Assembly: GCA_965285935.1 (NCBI GenBank)
Contig: OZ260663.1
Span: 66,898,001 to 66,962,000, forward strand
DNA from: Ophelia neglecta
Lineage: Eukaryota
Direction of reading: 5' to 3'
DNA length: 64,000 nucleotides
Shown: positions 10,549 to 22,300 of the stretch, piece by piece
Layout of the letters: every line of letters begins with the position of its first letter
Numbering within the stretch: the first letter of the stretch is position 1
Notes under the pieces: model-generated
Seen by the model: the letters and a program-made list of their open reading frames with translations, nothing else
What the model was told of the DNA's origin: nothing
Databases searched by the model: none
Made by a program: the position numbers and the translations under genes

Positions 10549-13194
10549 CTACTCCGGTTCCTTCAGACACGCCGACTCGTAATGTTTGTTCAGATAAGAC
10601 TTGAGAGCAAACGACTTGTTGCACCTTTTACACTGATAGTGTTTGAAGGCGGAGTGGGTCTGCATGTGAGCCCGAAGGTTAGAGCGGTCAGCGAAGGCCT
10701 TGCCGCAGTGGGCACAGCCGTACGGCTTGTCACCCGAGTGGGAGCGAAGATGGCCCTGGAGCAACCATGGCCGCGAAAAGGATTTCCCGCAAAACGTACA
10801 GCAATGTTTGAGTTCGTGAGTGAGTAGATGCATGCTGAGGGCGGGCATGCTGACGTAGACTTTGCGGCAGTGGGGACATTTCTTGGCCTGCTGGGAGTCG
10901 AGACTTCGGTGGGTTTGTTTATGCCGGGAAAGGTTCGAGGAGGTGGCGTAGTGTTTGCCGCACTCACTACATGTAAACCGCTGTTTCTTGTCTTCAGTTT
11001 CTACCGGTTTCTTTCGTTTTTTAGAGCGTCCATCGCTGACTAAAAAGGCGTCGTATGTGTAGCCGACAGTGACGCTGTTCTCAAAGTTGGCGTCTGTTTT
11101 CTCAGTCTCGTCTGCCGTACAGAAGTCTTCGGTGGTGCTGGGAACTTCGGACTGCGTAGATGAGGGCGAGGTCGGGGCGCTGTTGGGCAAGGAAACGCTC
11201 TCAGCATCACTCTCGCTCTCTGCTTTGCCCTCCACTCGATGGTCCTGGCAGGGTGTCGGCCGGATCAGTTCACTGATGTAACCTGCAACAGAGAATAAAA
11301 TGGAGCATTGAGGCTCGTAGTCATGTAAGGGATTCAAAGGCACATTCCCTGAGGACCAATTTTCAACATGATTGGGCCTTACATGAAATGGGATTGATGC
11401 ACTGGGTGAGGTATTAGAAATAGTAGCCATTCGTGCACTTCAAAGTGTCAACTAACGGGCTTTGGTAACAGTAAATGAAGGCACAATAATGAAATATGTG
11501 TTCAATACCGCTGTGCTCAGCCAAGCTTCAAATCAGCGCAAGCCTTGGGTCAGGAGGTGGAAGGAAGGTGGGGGTGATTTACCGTAGCGGTAGGGAACGC
11601 AGGAGGGGAGCAGGTGGTCCGACCAGAAGGGCAACAGGTGATGGGAGAGAGATCTGCCGGCGGGCAGTGGCTTACTCCCCGGGCGCACCCGGCCTGCACC
11701 GCACTGTCTGTGGTACCCAAACAACCCCGGGGTCACTAACGGTCTCGATAAGCTCATCTGTACACTATTAGATGCAAGGGAGCAGGTGGGAAGCTGGACG
11801 ACACACAAAACATACCGATAAATGGGGTTTCTATTACACAACGGGCCCAGATATGACAGGCTGGTTACTGCTGTCGTCTGCCGACATTACCGTGTCATTG
11901 TCGAGAAAGGCACCGGTGGAGAAAGTTCCAGAAACGTGATACTGGACTCACCTTACCTTGTGCTCACCAGAGCTACAGGTGAGGCAGCTACCTGATGACT
12001 TTTTAATGAATTGATGAGTAACAAATTAGTCCACCTGAGCACTGCTCCTGCCTTTGTAGGTTGAGATTTCAAAGTGGCTGGCTCAATGTGAAATCAGAGA
12101 GAGAGGCTGGCTGCCACAAGAAACATGTGCACCCATTTCAATGGGGAGTCATTTGGCCAAGGGCGATTACAAATCTACCGTTAAGGCCCATGATTAATCG
12201 AATAAGTCACTAATCATTTGCCTTTCACCGGCTAGCCCATCGAGTTTTTCTTAATACTAGTGCTTAAGCCTACTTCCAGGTACGAAAATTGCATCGCTAT
12301 TCTGGTATGTAGCAAGAACACATAAATTGAGCAATTCTATAGCGCAGAACGCTGCCAAACACGGCATCTGGGGAGAATTTTGCATGCCAAGCGGCCATCA
12401 GTAGATCCTTACCCGTTCCTAAAGACAAGACAGTCAATGGACAAAGACTTACTGAAGCAACAGTCACCCTTCATACGCCCCGATTATTGCCTATGATTGG
12501 CCAATCTCGTCGGAATAAGCACAGAGAAATAGGACAAGATTTCCCGGCCAGGGCATTGTACTGGTCAGAAGCATCATTAGGGACTTTGATAGAACATTTA
12601 TGGCCCGGACTAAGCCTATTTGCCGTCAATATCTCTCCACTCGGCGCTCAGATGAAAGTTACTCCGAAACAAATCTAGCCGAACCTTCCACTCGCATTAA
12701 CAAATCGATACTAACTACTATGTACTTCAAAGGCGAGCCTCCCAAATGCGAACTCTAAATGTTTTCGAAAATAGGAATTTATATATTAGAGCCATTTCAA
12801 TTACTATCGCCACAGTGAGTCCATTCATTAAGACAAACCCTACCGCGTAGTCAAGTGGCAATTCCCTCATTCCCCCTCTTACTATTACATCCATTGACAA
12901 GAATGCCTAGCGTAGCTGGCAATTGCAGCAAATTACCTGGCAATGGTTCATTACGACCCATAAAAGCCTTTGATCCCCGATCATTACATGCAGTATGAGA
13001 ATGTAAATGGGGTACATACCGTTGCAGATTTTAACCGGAAGGGGCTGTGCCAAGTCCGGTGGGGTGTAGGGGGTGGCTGCATACTCAGTCACCGAGGGTG
13101 GTAGTCCCATGTCCCGAAAACACTTAGAGTAGGGACGGGAGGAGTAATCCTCCCCCCTTCTCTCGGCTTTCTTGATCAGAAATGACCGAGGCAT
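10549..13194 (-). CDS. scrt: Scratch-family (Snail superfamily) zinc-finger repressor, paralog A; complement(join(10549..11282,13020..13194)), 302 aa
   Basis: Exon 1 starts with the SNAG motif MPRSFLIKK (ATG at 13194) and ends AAC G|gtatgt. The acceptor ttttattctctgttgcag|GT TAC restores the frame (ICNG/YISE). Exon 2 encodes the Scratch domain GYTYDAFLVSDGRSKKR and five fingers, from [21 protein letters not shown] to [22 protein letters not shown] (last finger C2HC). 175+734=909 nt. Confidence 0.96.
11283..13019 (-). other. Phase-1 GT-AG intron of scrt-A (1737 nt)
   Basis: Donor GTATGT at 13019 and polypyrimidine tract plus CAG acceptor at 11283 on the minus strand; same position as the scrt-B intron. 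Confidence 0.93.
11611..12037. promoter_or_regulatory. Intronic CAGGTG E-box cluster, including a perfect Scratch consensus site
   Basis: CAGGTG/CACCTG at 11611, 11635, 11783, 11976 and 12032; GCAACAGGTG at 11631-11640. Confidence 0.6.
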
Positions 13195-13559
13195 CCTGCA
13201 AACACTCAAGTCCTGTGATTGTGCTACTGATAGCAGCAAAGGCAGTGGCAAGAAGGATTTTCACGCTGGTTTGTCAGATTCCTGACACTCCGCTGCCTTC
13301 CTGTAGCGCTATGAGTTATCCTCGGCAATCGGGAGTCTTTTGAAGGGCGCTGAAGTCTTTAGAGTGAGTCACGGAGAGCCACAAATAACGTGCTGAAGGC
13401 TGAGCTATTGATGTCGTCTGGTGGCGCGCTCCTCTCGCGCCAAACTGTTGCTTCCACAAGTCTGTTGCTGCCGACTGGTTGTGCCTGGTGTTCTCGGTAG
13501 CGTCAACACGGTCAACCATGTAGGCACGGAGGCGCAATCGGCTTTATGGACACACCCGT

Positions 13560-13890
13560 CCGCAATGATCACCCAAGCGCTGTAATGAATATATTTAAAA
13601 ATTAATCTGAGTGCATCTGGCCTGGTGGCACGCACCGTGACTATTCATCCATGAAAACAAAGACGCGCTGCTGAGTCCGCGGTCCGTTGTGGTTCGAGTC
13701 CGCCGGCAGTCCTTTTATCCTCTGAGCTAACGGAGAGTGAATCAAGGGGAAATTAGCCGGGGCGGCTTGCCTACTTCTAGGAATGGAGAACAGATGCGGC
13801 GGGCTGGCCTCGCTCTGTGATGTCATGCTCTGTAGTCATTGTCTCCTGGTCCCCACTGTCCATTTGTCAAACACGGCCAACCAATCAAAG
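13560..13890 (-). promoter_or_regulatory. Putative scrt-A core/proximal promoter
   Basis: Minus-strand TATA-like TTTAAATATA near 13590-13599 lies about 30 nt upstream of an Inr-like TCATTG (A at 13566). CAGATG E-boxes at 13614-13619 and about 13791; CCAAT at about 13881; locally GC/CpG-rich. Confidence 0.5.
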
Positions 13891-16800
13891 CTTGAGACCG
13901 GCTGAAGCATGGGGCACGCGCGGGCATTACATTATTGAGGCAGCCATCCGTACAGAGACTGATATCTAATACCATCGAAGCAGGCCCAGCGGCGGAGCCA
14001 GCTAGCGTAGCGTACACAATCCTACCAGGCCAGCTCGACAAATAGCTCTACTAGTCTCTCACTAGGCCTTCCCTGCCTGCTAGGCATTTCAATGCAAACA
14101 CACACCCGTTGGATCGATGGCACATCGACAACAGACAAGTCCCTTCCTAAATTCGCCACATGCTACTTTCCACGCAACTGGTACTACATAATAGTTGGGA
14201 GTACGGAAAGCCCACCGGTGGCCTCGTTCGCATGCAAACACCTCAAAGACATCTTAAAAAATCAAAAACGTACTGTCTTATTAGCGGTTTAGACAAAACG
14301 TCTGTTCTGAATGGCTGAGCCTTTGGGGAATATTTGCAAAAAAAGAAGCCTATGCCCTAGAGGTAAATGTGAAAAGAGATAAAGGCTTTGGCTCAGAATC
14401 CTGTTTAGGCTGAATCAAATTAAACGGAAGACGCAACAGGCTTTGCGGAGAAGCTTGCCTGGGAGACTGCCTCCTAGCGTCTGTATTTTACGTGTCTCAA
14501 TGAAAGACTCGCTCTTCTTGTCTCAGCAAGGCCAAAGCTCGCCTTTAATAAATGACATGATACCACACAGACGATAAACCTCGATATGTGTTTATCAAAA
14601 GATCTGCCCATAATTGGTTTCCACAAATCTCGTATCTCTCGGAAGCTCAGCGCTCGAGTGGCAAAGACGTCAGTGCGCGTGAACAGCAGACGACATCAGT
14701 CTTAATCCTGTCAGCGAAAAACGGGCGGATAATCAGAAAGGTCGCTTGGCGGAATCAGCAAGGAAAATAGAACGAAAATGATGTTAATGTCATAAAGAGC
14801 CGCCAGAGCTACCTTCACTCCTGGCAAGCTATGATATATTTGGATCTATCGATCTATGGCCGATGGAGCCTCAGTGCAAATGTTTGCCAATTTGGACCAG
14901 GAAAACTCCGTGGTTGTGGGCAGTACGAGAGAGAGTAAACGCTCTTAGCATGTCCTGCAAATTTTCCATGTTAAATTCCGTTGTTGATAGGCCTACGTGT
15001 TGCGTGTCAGGTCTTAAATTTCCAGGGAAAGTCAAAGCTAATCGACGACTGGCGCTCGCCGAAAATACAATTTTCTGCCATAGAGATTGTCCCCGTCAGA
15101 CATTTATTTTGACAGGTGGCAACTGTTGACAGCGGCCTGGCTCGCGTGATTCGCCGCTAATCTCGTCCTTCTCCGCCAAGTCCACTGACGAAGCTTGTTT
15201 CCTTGTTGCCTATCTCTGTAATTCTATAAAATGCTGGTAAATTGGTTGTCTTTCTTCATGTTTCCTTGCTGATACTTTCCACTTTGGCCCGAATGAAGGC
15301 ACGCGATCGCAGCCGGTTGCTTTGTAACCAGATTCCCAATGTGAGTATTAACCCTGACGGAGCTTCTCCCCTTTGCTGTCTCCCACATGCACCAGTCTAG
15401 TAAACGGCCCAGATTGCTTTCCCAGATATACAGTATTGATTTGGAAATGGATCGTCTTATCTTCATACTCAATTGAATTTCATATCCATTCAAAGTGAGC
15501 ATTTGTGCCGAATTTCCAGGAGCCGAGTTACGTGGCGGGCGCTGATGACTCAAGCCATATCAGAGCGATGTCGGCGATGTCAACTGTGGCGCTGTGCCAG
15601 GTGGTATAGGCCAAATCATCCCAACTCAATGGTGAAAAGATGAACTTTTACGACCACATTTCAATGATTTACTACACTCAGCTTAGCACTAAAAGCATGC
15701 TTGCCCTCTGTCTCCTTGTCTATTGTTTCCTCTGGCTATCTTCAGACGTGCATGTCCAATTGGCTTCACGTCAGACAACTCCCTCCTGCTACTTGCAAGT
15801 CGATATGTTAACCATGTTTTGGCCCGTTTTGTTGCTCTGATGGCCCTTTTATGGGCGACTTGGTTTCCTTTTACGTTTAGAATAAGTCGTGAATGGTATT
15901 CATAGTATTACAACATAAGATAACATTCAAAGATTCCAATTTTAGCAATGACATTATCGTCCATAGTTCAAACGGGGCAGCTATAGACAGAAAAACATTT
16001 TTAAACATTTACCATATCGTTCTTGTTGAGTTGCCAGGACCTATGAGGTGGGGTTGATCATGACTGAATCCGGCACTTTGATCAATATTTTTTTATGTAA
16101 GAGATTAAAGGTTTACACGGTACCCGTTCATCACGTTGCCCACCTGTTGGTTCAGCAGTGCTGAGCTCAAACCCAAATGTACGCCATGAATAATGAATGG
16201 GCGATTGTCTGGCCGTCTGAAATCCAAGACGGCACCACGAGAGATCAATGACGGAAGCTGGTATTTCGCCTGTAAATGGTCGGCCTATGTTCAGATTCAT
16301 GATGGAACTGTTTAAGTTGATGTACAAACAACTTGTCGGGCGTAGAAATCATTGTATGAGGGCGAAATAGAAGAGAATCAAATAGACTGCACTCATCAAA
16401 TATTCATACCCCCATTACGAATGCTAAGATCTGCTATGTTGACTGCCTCTAATGAAGGGAGGATGTGGGCAAACACGTGTATTTATACACGGAATTTCAG
16501 GTAATTTATTGCTGTTTCTGGGGACCGACTATAGGCAGAACTAGATTCTTTAGATAATCTGCTGTTTGGGCTAATGTCCAAATTCTAATCTAAGGTATTA
16601 GGAGACTTGTTATTCCCGAAATCAGGAATGGCAACCTTGTCAATGAGAATATAATCATACATAATGAAATCTGTCATCTTACTCAGGGGGATAATAAGTC
16701 ATCTCTGCTTCATACCTTTGATTATCAAATCATGGAAGAGGCTTTACTACCTATATAGACGGCTTTTGTCGAGGAGTTGGGCAAAACATGTACTATTCCA

Positions 16801-17322
16801 AGTTGTCTGGCTTTGAGAAGGCGTCGATATCATCAAAGACTGCTGCTTAACGTGCACTTTTTTCTTTAATAACTCCAAGAAGAATCAAGTCCCTTCATTT
16901 CACGCGGTCGACACTTCATAAAAATAAAAGTCCTCGAAGTATGCAGGTTATTCTTTTTCAAGATTATTCAAGAGAGGTATTTTTGTCCACATTTCAGACT
17001 TGCAAAAACGTGCGGCTTTAAGAGAAATAAGCATTGTTTTTCGTCCATTTACGACAATAATGGGTGTATAAGGTAACATTTCAAAACTTTCAAATATATT
17101 TCTTGAATTGGTCTATTGGGCAGACTTTGAAATTGAAAGAAATTTAAAAAAACGACGTTATCTTTTGTGACCGTCATAGATTTTGTAATCACCGTTTTTG
17201 TGGTATTTGTCAAATAAACATTATAGTCTAGAAGTACTTCGATAAGGGTATAAAGTTTTCAAACTCTGCATAGGTCCTTTGCCTTTGTCATTAAATTTAA
17301 GTTGACTACGCCCCGCTTGCTG

Positions 17323-17491
17323 CACAGGGGTTCGTATCTGCAAGTTAAATTAATATTCATAAGGTAGCTCATTAATATATAGTGCTATAGCAGACGACTA
17401 CCAGTTATATTGGTAGTCGTCTGCTATAGCACTATATATTAATGAGCTACCTTATGAATATTAATTTAACTTGCAGATACGAACCCCTGTG
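17323..17491. mobile_element. Palindromic (foldback) MITE, 169 bp, with 8-bp target-site duplication; P- or hAT-superfamily-like
   Basis: Perfect 81-bp arms (17323-17403 and 17411-17491) around a 7-nt loop GTTATAT, flanked by the direct repeat GCTTGCTG (17315-17322 and 17492-17499). Termini are CACAGGGG...CCCCTGTG. Confidence 0.9.
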
Positions 17492-18977
17492 GCTTGCTGT
17501 AATAGTTCTAAATAACTTTTCCTCCTCATGCAGCTGTATGCAAATGGGCGTTGAGGCTAGTTAAGAATTAGTTATCTTTGACTAACCCCTTTGAACCAAA
17601 ATGGATAGTTAATTATAGTCTGTTAATTGCCCCAAAACATCCTAACGGTCCCACCTTGCACCTTGAGTTGAGTTGACAAGGTGCACTGTCAAGCAGTGTA
17701 TTCATTTAAAAAGTTGAAAAAAACCTTTTGAAGTGTTCATGGTTATTTCAATCACATCCTAACACCTTTCTTTGTCAAACACCCGCCATTTTGTAGCTTG
17801 TCGTGGAGGTGAACAGTTTAGAGGGCCATGAAAAGCAGATGACAGATGCTGGGCGATAATGGATATTCTAGGAACTCTGTTTAACTGCAGAACGCCTGTG
17901 TCATCATAGCATTTCTATACAGGCGGTCCCGCCCGACTGACTCTGGCACGCTACACCTGCCCTCTTACCAACTGTCGGTGATTCAAGTGCCCTTGTGAAG
18001 TCCTGCACGGGATGTTTATCCTCGATTTATACACACTTAAGACCATCAACGAATATTGATAATTAGCTTTCATTGTATGGTTGGTTATTTACGAATTTAA
18101 CAGCTAATCAAATCGGTCGTCTGATCGTACTGTCTGGTATGGTGGGCTATTTGAAGAACAATGCAGCAGATTTTGAGACTTTCCGATTGCATCAATACGA
18201 TGGTGATTGGCGTATCTGTGATTGAAATCTGGACATTGCATTTAACATTTGTGTGCATTCATCCAGCATGTCTATGGTTAACAGTTCATATTAAAACAAA
18301 GAACATGTTCGCCGACTTGATGCTTGGACAGAGGCGATGGAAAAGGACACGGTGAAAAATTCGACAACACAATGACAAGGGGTAGATACGGGGCATGCTA
18401 AGGAACTGACTCCATTTAAATTACAAAAGAAACTTTCCCCGACTGCATGTCTGTCTCTCCCAGGCTTATTAGTCCGAGTCGCGGGGTGTCCTCCGAGATA
18501 CTGGAGTCCCCGTATAATGAGAAGAAGGTGACACGAGTATAATAGACATTTTTGCCAGTCGAGCGTTTAATACAGTTAATATGATGGCCGATGCAGTGAT
18601 TTAGCGGTTGTGTAGCTGCCTGATAAGATTGTAACTATTGACCTGTTGAGTTGGTGGAATTGGAGGCCAATGCTCTCAAGGAGGGGGACATTTTCGCTTA
18701 AAATGGCAGTATCGTACCAATGACTTGTAAGAGCACCAGTCTGTTCAACTACCCTAGTGGACACACATGGTTATAACACAGCTTTCTTTCATGATAACAA
18801 AGAGCAGGTGTCGAAAACCGAGACTAGTTTCTTGGGGTGCCTGGAAGGACTGACACTGCAGTTATTCGTTGGTTCTAAGATTTTCGAAGAGAGGGGAGAG
18901 GATGACCTATCGTGGTGAGGGTGTGGGATGGGTTCCTGCCACAGAGGGGTGTCTTAATTTGTCCATAGGGTCCAGGA

Positions 18978-19084
18978 CCCCCCCCCCCATTTCTCCCCCA
19001 CCTCTTTCCCCTCCATCACTCCCCACCCCTCCTTCCCCTCCCCCACTTCCCACCCCTTTCTTCTCCTCTCCCCCTCCTCCTCCG
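18978..19084. repeat. C-rich, nearly homopyrimidine low-complexity tract
   Basis: About 105 nt of mostly C/T with many CCC+ runs (G-runs on the minus strand). Confidence 0.8.
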
Positions 19085-19141
19085 GCTTATGGGGGAAGTG
19101 GAAAAGGGCTCTCATACCACTCTGTCTAGAGACTCTCTGGA

Positions 19142-19332
19142 CAGTGGCGGATTCAACCCCCCCCCCCCTTTTTTTTTCCATAAAGTGGGCCTGGACCAGG
19201 GCCTATTTCTTGACACACGCAATGTAGTTTCAGATCGAGGGTTGGTAACGGGGCCAATCCAAACATTTGCCTTGTCAGCCTTGGAAAATATGCCCCCCCC
19301 CCCCCCTTCCTAGAATTTTGGATCTGCCACTG
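19142..19332. mobile_element. Short non-autonomous DNA element with CAGTGGCGGAT-type termini (hAT-like), decayed
   Basis: Starts CAGTGGCGGATTC and ends GGATCTGCCACTG (imperfect inverted repeat); internal poly-C tracts; no recognisable TSD. Confidence 0.55.
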
Positions 19333-22300
19333 CTGTAGGCTGTTAGAAGGGGTAAAGAAAGGGGCGGCCGGGTCTTGACCCCCTCGCCTGCTCTAAATCA
19401 GCCTGTATACAATATTAGAGGTTCCACGAGCTTGGCTCGGTACCGATAAGCCAAAAAATTGTGTTTGATAATATTTTAATGGTGTTTTAACAACTCTTGC
19501 TTGCTATGTTGGAGAATCGTTCAATTCAATGTATTTGCCATTATAGGCCTACATGTTTTTAGGGCAAAATATGCCCATAATGATGTCTACGCCTTCCTGC
19601 CGGCCCATGTAGATGTAACGTCCTTGTCATTTTGTTAATTCTATCTGAAAGTAGCGTTTATCTGAAAGCTCTAAGGTTGCCGGCGATAACCGGCTTGTAA
19701 CTCGATACAGGATAAGAAATCCTACGACATGCTGCCGGACCAGACAATACCAAAATTGGATGTCGGAGAAGCTTTTCTGCCAATTAACCTGTCACATTTC
19801 ATCTCCTAATTCTACCTTTTGTGTTTGTAGAGCAAATATAACTATAATTTGTATAAGAAGACCTTATGCTCTGTGATGCGGCTAGGACACAGCTTGGGAT
19901 ATTCGGAAAATTAAAACCATAGTGACATGTATTGGATTATGAGCAACACGTTTGACAAGCGTTAATCCCGGTTAGACAGTTCTGGCTCGTGTTGACCAAC
20001 GCGCACATTTGAAGGTCATTCTCCATTTTGACAGACACGCGTCTCACCAGGCTCACGTGCGACATCGTGACAGAGGAACCAGTCATCTGCCACGAGGGAC
20101 ACACTATCACACGAGGGTCAAAGTCCCTGGTGTCAATTCAATGGCTAAAGTGCCCCTTGTCCTACTCAAACAAAAAAGTTATCTGACAAGTTTACTCCAC
20201 TTCCAGAAGTCGAGCTAGGTAAACTTTGTCACTTCATTATAACTCGTTAGAGTGGCTCTTATGAAGGATTTGTCTTCAACGATGACCTCCTCAGTAGAGG
20301 AGACCAAACAGTGTTGTTTGAATTGGGATTTGATTATATTATATTATTTCAGAGCCCAATGTCTACATCGAGCGATCATTTAAAGCGAATGTAATGCTTT
20401 TTGATTGCCATACATCCCTCTTACATCTTTTTGTAAATGCAGAGTTTTGGTAATTTAGAAACGTTAAACATGTGCTTCAATACACAAGCCATTTGTTTTT
20501 GTAGCGATGTAATATTGAAGTTTGTTGTAGTAAAATAGTAAAACTGTTTTTAAATACTATTCCATAGCCTATAGGTGAGTTTTCCACTGAATGTTTGAAT
20601 AATTTTAAGCTGTTTTGGTTGTCTCCAATCCTGGAATTGTAATAGTTAAGCCATTTATCAGAACATCAGCCTATCATACGTCTTTGATTTAATGGTGTTG
20701 ATGGTTTGTTAATCAGCGGCCTGCAGGCATTGCCAGGCAGACAGCCACACGAAGCTCGCCATTGTTCTCCGTGCTGCTTTCCCAGGGGAAAGTCGACCCG
20801 ACCACCAGTTGAGGAAATTGGTTGGGGTTTGAGGAGGACAGCAGCCTCAATCCTGGCTTTTGGCACTTCCTGATACAAACACACTCCTTTGGTCGTCTAG
20901 CATGCCTGGTCAGCACGGCGTGTCGTCACGGACGCTGAAGAACTCCATGCGTCTGCGCACTGGCCCGGCACGTGGCCGGCAGGCGGACAGGACAATGGAC
21001 GGTCACGCCCGACAGCTTAGACTGACAACTAAGCAAAACCCACCTGAGGCGATAATGTACATCTCTACCTGCCATCAACAGGCTTTGTATAGTGTCAAAT
21101 GCACTGGGCTTGTCAGAGAGATAAATGACGATTTGCTTGATCACCAAACCCCTGAAGCAAGCACACTTTGTAAGCCTTAACCAATATTCGTTTGTTTGTC
21201 CCTCTTCCATCATGTTAGACCGACTAAAAGTCACTTGTGATGACAGGCCTGTCAATGTCCTTCATCCAAAAGTACAGGAGAGATAGAATGGTATAAACTC
21301 AGGTCGTAGATGCTCCAATAGACATCTGATGAATAGTTTCTATTTATATGTGTTATCATTTAAAACAAATACCTTGGATCCAATTCATTGTCTTGGAAGT
21401 TGAATAACGGGATTACATACCCGACAGGAAGTGCAACATTAACTAGGAAACATTTATTAAACCGTCCGGGTTTCATCAGGATAAACCGGCTGCATTTGCA
21501 CATAGGTATGAAGATGCAAAGTTAAATTTAGGTATAATAACTGAAAACATGTTGCAGCGATGTTCTTGAAGCTATCTTCTTATGTGTTTTCACTTTATTT
21601 CAATCATAAAACGTGTTGGTTCCTTAAAGCCAGTGATTGTGTACCGTCAGGTGTATCAGAATCAGATACGGCGTGAAATTGACTTGTTCCCGGTCCAACG
21701 AAAGCCGAGCTTAGGCGTCAAAATGATGTACAACTAATTCTTCCTGGGGGATTTCGAAGCGCGTGTATTTGTTGCCGCTAGTCGTCAATATGATATGCAC
21801 TCTCATTTGGAGCTTTAATAGCAGCATATGAAATGTTATGATGAAGTATGAGTCTTGAGCAGATTGAGTCGGTTAATTAGGTCACACGCTGGAAGATTGA
21901 GCATTGCTGGTGAAGATATTTTAGATGATGCAAGCTAGTTTGGCTAGCTATAAACTATCCCTGACAGTATGTTTCGTAATACCTGTTGGTTCAGAATGTA
22001 ATATTCTCAAGATACGCAATAAAGCATGACATAGAATATGTGCAGTAAATATTCAATATTATTTGGAAATTTACTCAAAATCTAATAGTCTAGTATAATA
22101 CATGCTAATCTTCAAATAACAAACTTTCTGAGCATGTTGCTCACTCTGAATAATGAGCTTCACTTGTTTGCTATTCTTCTGGTAAACCTTTTTTAGGGCT
22201 ATTTTATTTGACACGCAGCTAATAAACCGATCGATGGGTTAGGAGCTTTTAGTTCTATCTCCGATAAATTAATAAAAATTCCCAGCTCCTTAAAAATGGC

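Noticed and set aside
10582-11281. Antisense and shifted ORFs over the zinc fingers (also at 57436-57960)
   Set aside because: Shadows of GC-rich coding sequence; their similarity between the loci follows from the paralogy.
11283-11430. MATISNT... as the main N-terminus of scrt-A
   Set aside because: The sequence is intronic; the spliced SNAG exon gives the canonical protein and matches paralog B.
17323-17491. Long hairpin as a canonical miRNA gene
   Set aside because: Perfect arms plus a TSD indicate a transposon-derived foldback.
18869-19313. Proline-rich ORFs
   Set aside because: Translations of poly-C low-complexity DNA.
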